Assembly: GCA_965217865.1 (NCBI GenBank)
Contig: CBDCJO010000002.1
Coordinates: forward strand, 5,216,001 to 5,280,000
Reading direction: 5' to 3'
DNA: 64,000 nt
Source of the DNA: Candidatus Latescibacterota bacterium
GTDB lineage: Bacteria; Latescibacterota; UBA2968; SICM01
The notes below the pieces were generated by a model. The model made no database searches, was not told the DNA's origin, and worked only from the letters and a program-made list of their open reading frames with translations. The translations under genes and the position numbers were made by a program. Below, piece by piece: positions 59,473 through 64,000 of this stretch (position 1 is the first letter of the stretch; every line of letters begins with the position of its first letter).

Positions 59473-59731
59473 ATTATCACCTCCTTTCGATTTACAGGAT
59501 ACCATCCGCCTTCAGCCTCACCACCAGATAGGCTTGCGGCCTATCGCCTTTCAGGCTGTTGCAGGCTCCGCAAAGCAGTTGCAGGTTGTCCTGGTGGTCG
59601 GTTCCTCCTTTGACGTCAGGTGCGGTGTGAAGTTACTCAGTTTGGTTTGTAAAGTCAAGCCTTAATCTTCTAATTGCGTTATCTTTAATGCCAAAGATGT
59701 ATTCGTTGAATTTAGCCGTTGGAGGACTGTC

Positions 59732-60730
59732 TTGGCGCTGGTTACGATGAAGCAGATCCTGGACGAGGCAACTCAAGGGAACTATGCCGTTGGCGCGTTT
59801 AACGTGAATAACCTTGAGCAGATCAAGGGAATTATGGAGGCCTCACGCCAGACGAAATCCCCCGTTATTCTTCAGGCCAGCCGGGGTGCCCGAAAATATG
59901 CAGGGAGAAGATTCCTTCGACACCTGATCCTCGCTGCTGTCGAAGAATATCCGGAAATTCCGATCGCGATGCACTTGGACCACGGAAACAGCCCTGAATC
60001 TTGTCAGGAGGCCATCGAGGACGGGTTTACATCGGTGATGATGGATGGCTCCCTGATGGAGGATGGGAAGACCCCGGCTTCGTATGAGTATAACCTGAAC
60101 GTCACCAGAGAGGTCGTGAAGTATGCCCACGATCGGGGCGTGACAGTAGAGGGTGAAATCGGTTGTCTTGGGGGAATCGAAGACGGGGTGGGCTCGGGTG
60201 AGGTGATGCTTGCGGACCCGGATCAGGCATTGGAATTCGCGGAGGCGACAAGAGTGGACGCCCTGGCTTTGGGATTCGGCACGAGTCATGGGGCATATAA
60301 ATTCAAGAAAGAGCCGAAACTGGCCTATCACATCGTGGAACAGGTCAACAAGTCCAGGCCCGACCTTCCCCTCGTTAGCCACGGTTCTTCCTCCGTGCCT
60401 CGGGATCTGGTTGATCGGGTCAACTCCTTTGGAGGGAACCTTCCGAATGCGATGGGGGTTCCGCTTTCACAGTTGGTCCGTTCGATCGAGTTCGGGGTGC
60501 GAAAAATTAATATCGACACGGATACTCGCCTGGGTACGACGGGTATCATCCGGGAATTTTTCGCGAACCATCCGGATAAATTCGATCCTAGGGATTACAT
60601 GAAACCCGCCACAGAGGAAATTACCCGAATTGTAGTCGAGAGGATGCATGCATTTCGGACGGCCGGGCATGCTGGGGACTATTCGCCTGATAATATTGAA
60701 GATGTGAAGGCTTTTTACCGGACTAATTGA
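59732..60730 (+). CDS. fba: Class II fructose-1,6-bisphosphate aldolase
   Basis: AFNVNNLE, HLDHG, SVMMDGS, VEGEIG, GTSHGAYK, HGSSSVP, KINIDTD. Confidence 0.95.
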   Translation: MALVTMKQILDEATQGNYAVGAFNVNNLEQIKGIMEASRQTKSPVILQASRGARKYAGRRFLRHLILAAVEEYPEIPIAMHLDHGNSPESCQEAIEDGFTSVMMDGSLMEDGKTPASYEYNLNVTREVVKYAHDRGVTVEGEIGCLGGIEDGVGSGEVMLADPDQALEFAEATRVDALALGFGTSHGAYKFKKEPKLAYHIVEQVNKSRPDLPLVSHGSSSVPRDLVDRVNSFGGNLPNAMGVPLSQLVRSIEFGVRKINIDTDTRLGTTGIIREFFANHPDKFDPRDYMKPATEEITRIVVERMHAFRTAGHAGDYSPDNIEDVKAFYRTN

Positions 60731-60870
60731 GGGTTCGGTCGCACAGGGATTCTATGCTTCGGTTAAACAACCCCTGGAAAAGGAGGGATTATCTCGCCTT
60801 AACCTAACAGTCTGCAAAAAGTTATTGACAAAGGCGGTCCACAGAGCTATTATAGTATGAAATCAAGAGG

Positions 60871-61260
60871 ATGCTTGAAAACCGTTCGGGATCAAATCTC
60901 ATTCTGCATCACTTGATTTCTTTCAGGCGGCTTTTTATAGTATGGATCTTCGGCGGGTTGACCATCGGTTGCCTCGCCTTTCTAATAAAGATATTATTCG
61001 ATTACTCTTCCTCGTCCTCGGTATGGTATAGCAAGGTTCAGGATGCCAAATACCAGATGGAGCAAGCGGAGGGGAAGGTCGGTGAGTTGATCGGGGGCAA
61101 AGACGCCGCAAAGGCCAGGGCCCTTGAGTTTGAGGAAGAGGTGAAGACCCTGGAGAAGATGAAGGCGGAACTCAAGGTCAAAATCGAAGAGGTGAAGCGG
61201 GAGCACACAAAGAAGGGAAAGGTCATCCTCCAACGAACCCCGAATCAATCGAAAGATTAG
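60871..61260 (+). CDS. TM plus coiled-coil protein
   Basis: Same architecture as 43852-44118. Confidence 0.7.
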   Translation: MLENRSGSNLILHHLISFRRLFIVWIFGGLTIGCLAFLIKILFDYSSSSSVWYSKVQDAKYQMEQAEGKVGELIGGKDAAKARALEFEEEVKTLEKMKAELKVKIEEVKREHTKKGKVILQRTPNQSKD

Positions 61261-61479
61261 AAAAAACAACCCGATTGTGAAACCGATGGGCCCGGAAAAC
61301 CATCGATCTCAAGTGTGCAAGGCGCGGTATCAGGATCGCGTCTTTTTTATTGATTGTGGTTTGTATGTTGATGAAAAACCGTCAAAAAACCCAACGGTTT
61401 TGATGTGGTTTGTGAGAGCACAATTCTTCCGTGACACGAGGATTGTTTTGCGGCTGAAAGGCCAGCCATCCGACCCTGA

Positions 61480-62040
61480 TTGGCTATGTTGAACCGTGGG
61501 AAACCGGTCATCGGGCTTATCGCCGTCTTATGGGCGGTGGAATTGATCAATCTGTTGTTGGGGCATCGACTGAACGGGCTGGGCATCCTTCCTCGGACGA
61601 GTTCGAGCTTGCCGGGTATCATCCTCTCGCCATTCCTCCACCACGGAATCCTCCATCTTCTTTCGAATACACTTCCGCTTCTTGTTCTTGGTTGGTTTGT
61701 GACGCTCGGGGGAACCCGGAAGTTTTTGATCCTCTCCGTTCAAGTCACGTTGTTCGCCGGGGCGGCTGTTTGGTGTCTGGCCAGGAATGGGTTCCACATC
61801 GGATCGAGCGGCCTCGTTTTCGGGTTTTTCGGTTTTTTGGTCGCTCAGGGTTGGTACCGAAAAACGCCGGTTTCGATCCTACTGGCTTGTCTGACCCTTT
61901 TCCTGTATGCGGGGCTTGTCTGGGGAATACTTCCTGTCCATCCCTTCATTTCATGGGAAGGCCATTTTTTCGGTCTGATCGTAGGGATTTTATCCGCGCG
62001 TTTCCAAGGGCCTCAACGTTCTGCGGGAAAGCACCCTTGA
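61480..62040 (+). CDS. Rhomboid intramembrane serine protease
   Basis: PFLH...HLLSN, HIGSSG, SWEGH.FG. Confidence 0.9.
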   Translation: MAMLNRGKPVIGLIAVLWAVELINLLLGHRLNGLGILPRTSSSLPGIILSPFLHHGILHLLSNTLPLLVLGWFVTLGGTRKFLILSVQVTLFAGAAVWCLARNGFHIGSSGLVFGFFGFLVAQGWYRKTPVSILLACLTLFLYAGLVWGILPVHPFISWEGHFFGLIVGILSARFQGPQRSAGKHP

Positions 62041-62115
62041 TGTTGACCTGTACCGGTTCCGCAGGTATATTGTTCCGATCGTTAAATTTCTCATCCAACG
62101 ATTACCCAGATTGAG

Positions 62116-62859
62116 GTGAAGATCATGTATGGAAAGATGGGGCGCATAGGCTTGCTGGTGCCTTCCGTCAACACGGTCGTCGAATCTGAGTTCAACCGGC
62201 TGATCCCAAACGGGGTGGGTGTCTTTGCGACACGGATGCGGAACAGTGTGACGGACGTGGAGGATTCCAGAGCTATGCTTCAGCACGTCGAACGCGGAGC
62301 GGATGAACTGGGAAGCATGCATCCGGACGTTATCGCTTTCGCCTGCACGGCCAGCAGTTTCGTCAACGGCGTTGCAGGTGAGGTCGAGCTGCGAAGGCGG
62401 ATCGAGACCGCGGGTAAGGCGAAGGCTGTGACAACTTCGGGTGCGGTCTTGGAAGCCCTCCGGGGGCTCCGGGTCCGCCGTATCGTGATCGCGACGCCTT
62501 ATCCCGATGAACTCAACGAACTGGAGAAACGATTTTTTGACACCGAAGAGATTGAAGTCCTGGGGATCGCCGGGATGGGAATCTCAGAGGCCTTCGACAT
62601 CGGAAAGGTGGCTCCCGAGGAGACACGTGAATTTGCGAGGAAGGTCTGGCGGGACGAAGCTGATGGGATGTTCATCAGTTGCACGAATCTGAGAACAATC
62701 GAAGTGCTTCAGGTACTGGAAGATGAATTTGGGAAACCCGTCGTATCGAGCAACTCCGCGACCTTTCGGTCGTGCATGAACGCACTCGGCCAGGCGGACG
62801 CGGTGGAGATCAACAGCGAAAATCCACATCATGTTGACTCGATTGAGAAACGCTTCTGA
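62116..62859 (+). CDS. Maleate isomerase / arylmalonate decarboxylase (Asp/Glu racemase) family
   Basis: IGLLVPSVNTVVE, ACTAS, ATPY, ISCTNL, PVVSSN. Confidence 0.88.
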   Translation: MKIMYGKMGRIGLLVPSVNTVVESEFNRLIPNGVGVFATRMRNSVTDVEDSRAMLQHVERGADELGSMHPDVIAFACTASSFVNGVAGEVELRRRIETAGKAKAVTTSGAVLEALRGLRVRRIVIATPYPDELNELEKRFFDTEEIEVLGIAGMGISEAFDIGKVAPEETREFARKVWRDEADGMFISCTNLRTIEVLQVLEDEFGKPVVSSNSATFRSCMNALGQADAVEINSENPHHVDSIEKRF

Positions 62860-62894
62860 ACCATGTTTTGGTTTGTCATACGGGGTGGGAAGTT

Positions 62895-64000
62895 ATGATT
62901 CTGACCGTTATCGGTGGTGGAAGCTCTCAGTGGATGAGGGGCTTGATGAGGGATGTCTACCTTCTTGGCGAATCGGATGGAGGAGAGATTCGTCTTGTTG
63001 ATCCCAACAAGATCCACGTCGAAGCCGTGGCGGATATGCTCCGGTATTTCAACAATATTCGGAAAAAAAACTATAAGATCGCGGTGGTCGAGGATCGAAA
63101 GGAGGCTCTGGTCGGCGCCGATTTCGTTATGGCGACATTCAGCCCGGGGAGTATGGACGCATTTTACAACGACCTGGAGATTCCGATCAAGTATGGAATC
63201 AGGCAGCCCGTTTCGATGACGGTCGGTCCCCCCGGGATTTCGGCGGCGATCCGGACCGCTCCTGTTGCGCACGAGATCGTTGAAGACATGGAGGAGGTGT
63301 GCCCAGGGGCTTATCTCCTTAACGTCACGAATCCCATGAGTGCGGTCACCCGGGCGATGACCATGGCGGCCAGGAGCGTCCGGGTGATCGGCATGTGCCA
63401 CGAGTTTCACGCCTTTCATAAGTATTTGGAGCCCATACTGGGTCTGAAAAAGCCGGATGGCATGAACGTTGTCGATTACCTTTACGAGTGGCTTCCGGAC
63501 CAGGGTTTCGAGTATACCGTGGCGGGTCTCAACCATTTCATCTGGATCACCCGTGCGACGCGAAACGGGGAAGACATGATCCCAAAAATCCACGAGTATA
63601 CCATCCGGAACCGGAACCTGAAACCCGTCGATGCCCCCTACGATGCCACCACCAATTACAGTGCCGCAAAGTTCGCATTCTGCCGAACGTTCGGCTGCCT
63701 TCCGATTCCCGGAGATCGGCATCTGGTTGAGTTCTGGCCGAGTCTCTGCAATATTCGAAATGGCTACGCATTTAAATATGACGTCATAAAGACAACCGTG
63801 GATGTCCGCAGACACAAGAGGGACAAAAATTTCGAGACGATCAAGAGGATCGCGTCCGGGGAAGAAGAGGTGGACTGGACGCGAAGCGGGGAGGAGATGA
63901 CGGCGATCATGAGGGCCATCCTGACAGGGACAAACACCACCTGCATCGCCAACCTTCCCAACACCGGGCAGATCTCAAACCTGCCCAGGGACGTGGTGGT
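62895..64000 (+). CDS. Family 4 glycoside hydrolase (alpha-galactosidase-like); runs off the window end, not in ORF track
   Basis: MILTVIGGGSSQW..., GADFV, DLEIPIKYGI, LNVTNPM, GMCHE, AGLNHF, NLPN.GQISNLP. Confidence 0.9.
   Translation, partial: MILTVIGGGSSQWMRGLMRDVYLLGESDGGEIRLVDPNKIHVEAVADMLRYFNNIRKKNYKIAVVEDRKEALVGADFVMATFSPGSMDAFYNDLEIPIKYGIRQPVSMTVGPPGISAAIRTAPVAHEIVEDMEEVCPGAYLLNVTNPMSAVTRAMTMAARSVRVIGMCHEFHAFHKYLEPILGLKKPDGMNVVDYLYEWLPDQGFEYTVAGLNHFIWITRATRNGEDMIPKIHEYTIRNRNLKPVDAPYDATTNYSAAKFAFCRTFGCLPIPGDRHLVEFWPSLCNIRNGYAFKYDVIKTTVDVRRHKRDKNFETIKRIASGEEEVDWTRSGEEMTAIMRAILTGTNTTCIANLPNTGQISNLPRDVV

Larger units (their letters stand above)
57875..59678 (+). mobile_element. IS1595-family element with passenger genes
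   Basis: Perfect 28-bp IR CGCAATTAGAAGATTAAGGCTTGACTTT; 8-bp target duplication TTATCTTT (57867-57874 and 59679-59686). Confidence 0.93.

Overview
A ~54% GC (estimated by eye) bacterial chromosome segment. The Bacteroidetes-type bS22, an FlgD-Ig-tailed secreted protein, a dockerin-like DFFLFAAAFG tail, TonB receptors, a sulfatase and PhyH suggest an FCB-superphylum organism such as Latescibacterota (inference). Housekeeping genes (trxB fused to a glutaredoxin, purH, mreB-mreC, sppA, HU, bS22, tRNA-Arg, two tRNA-Pro, bioB, fliG, fba) are interleaved with accessory material: two type II toxin-antitoxin pairs, IS200, IS1182, an IS1595 with two passenger genes, MITEs, REP-like elements and heptamer repeats. 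Leading candidates for something new: (1) a tRNA-Pro-anchored series of att-like scars, each followed by the same hairpin and CTAA repeats and separating small gene cassettes; (2) a five-copy promoter-proximal CCGCATC...GTGCGG-polyT attenuator-like leader family, two copies with uORFs; (3) a 39-bp motif shared upstream of a CheY-like regulator and a TM/coiled-coil plus pseudo-receiver operon; (4) a Grx-TrxR fusion with an altered glutathione site; (5) the IS1595 cargo. Several genes are abruptly truncated or fused mid-domain, so either deletional erosion or assembly chimerism is likely, and gene-neighbourhood inferences need read-level confirmation. No CRISPR array or rRNA was seen. All family calls come from motif recognition, not database searches.
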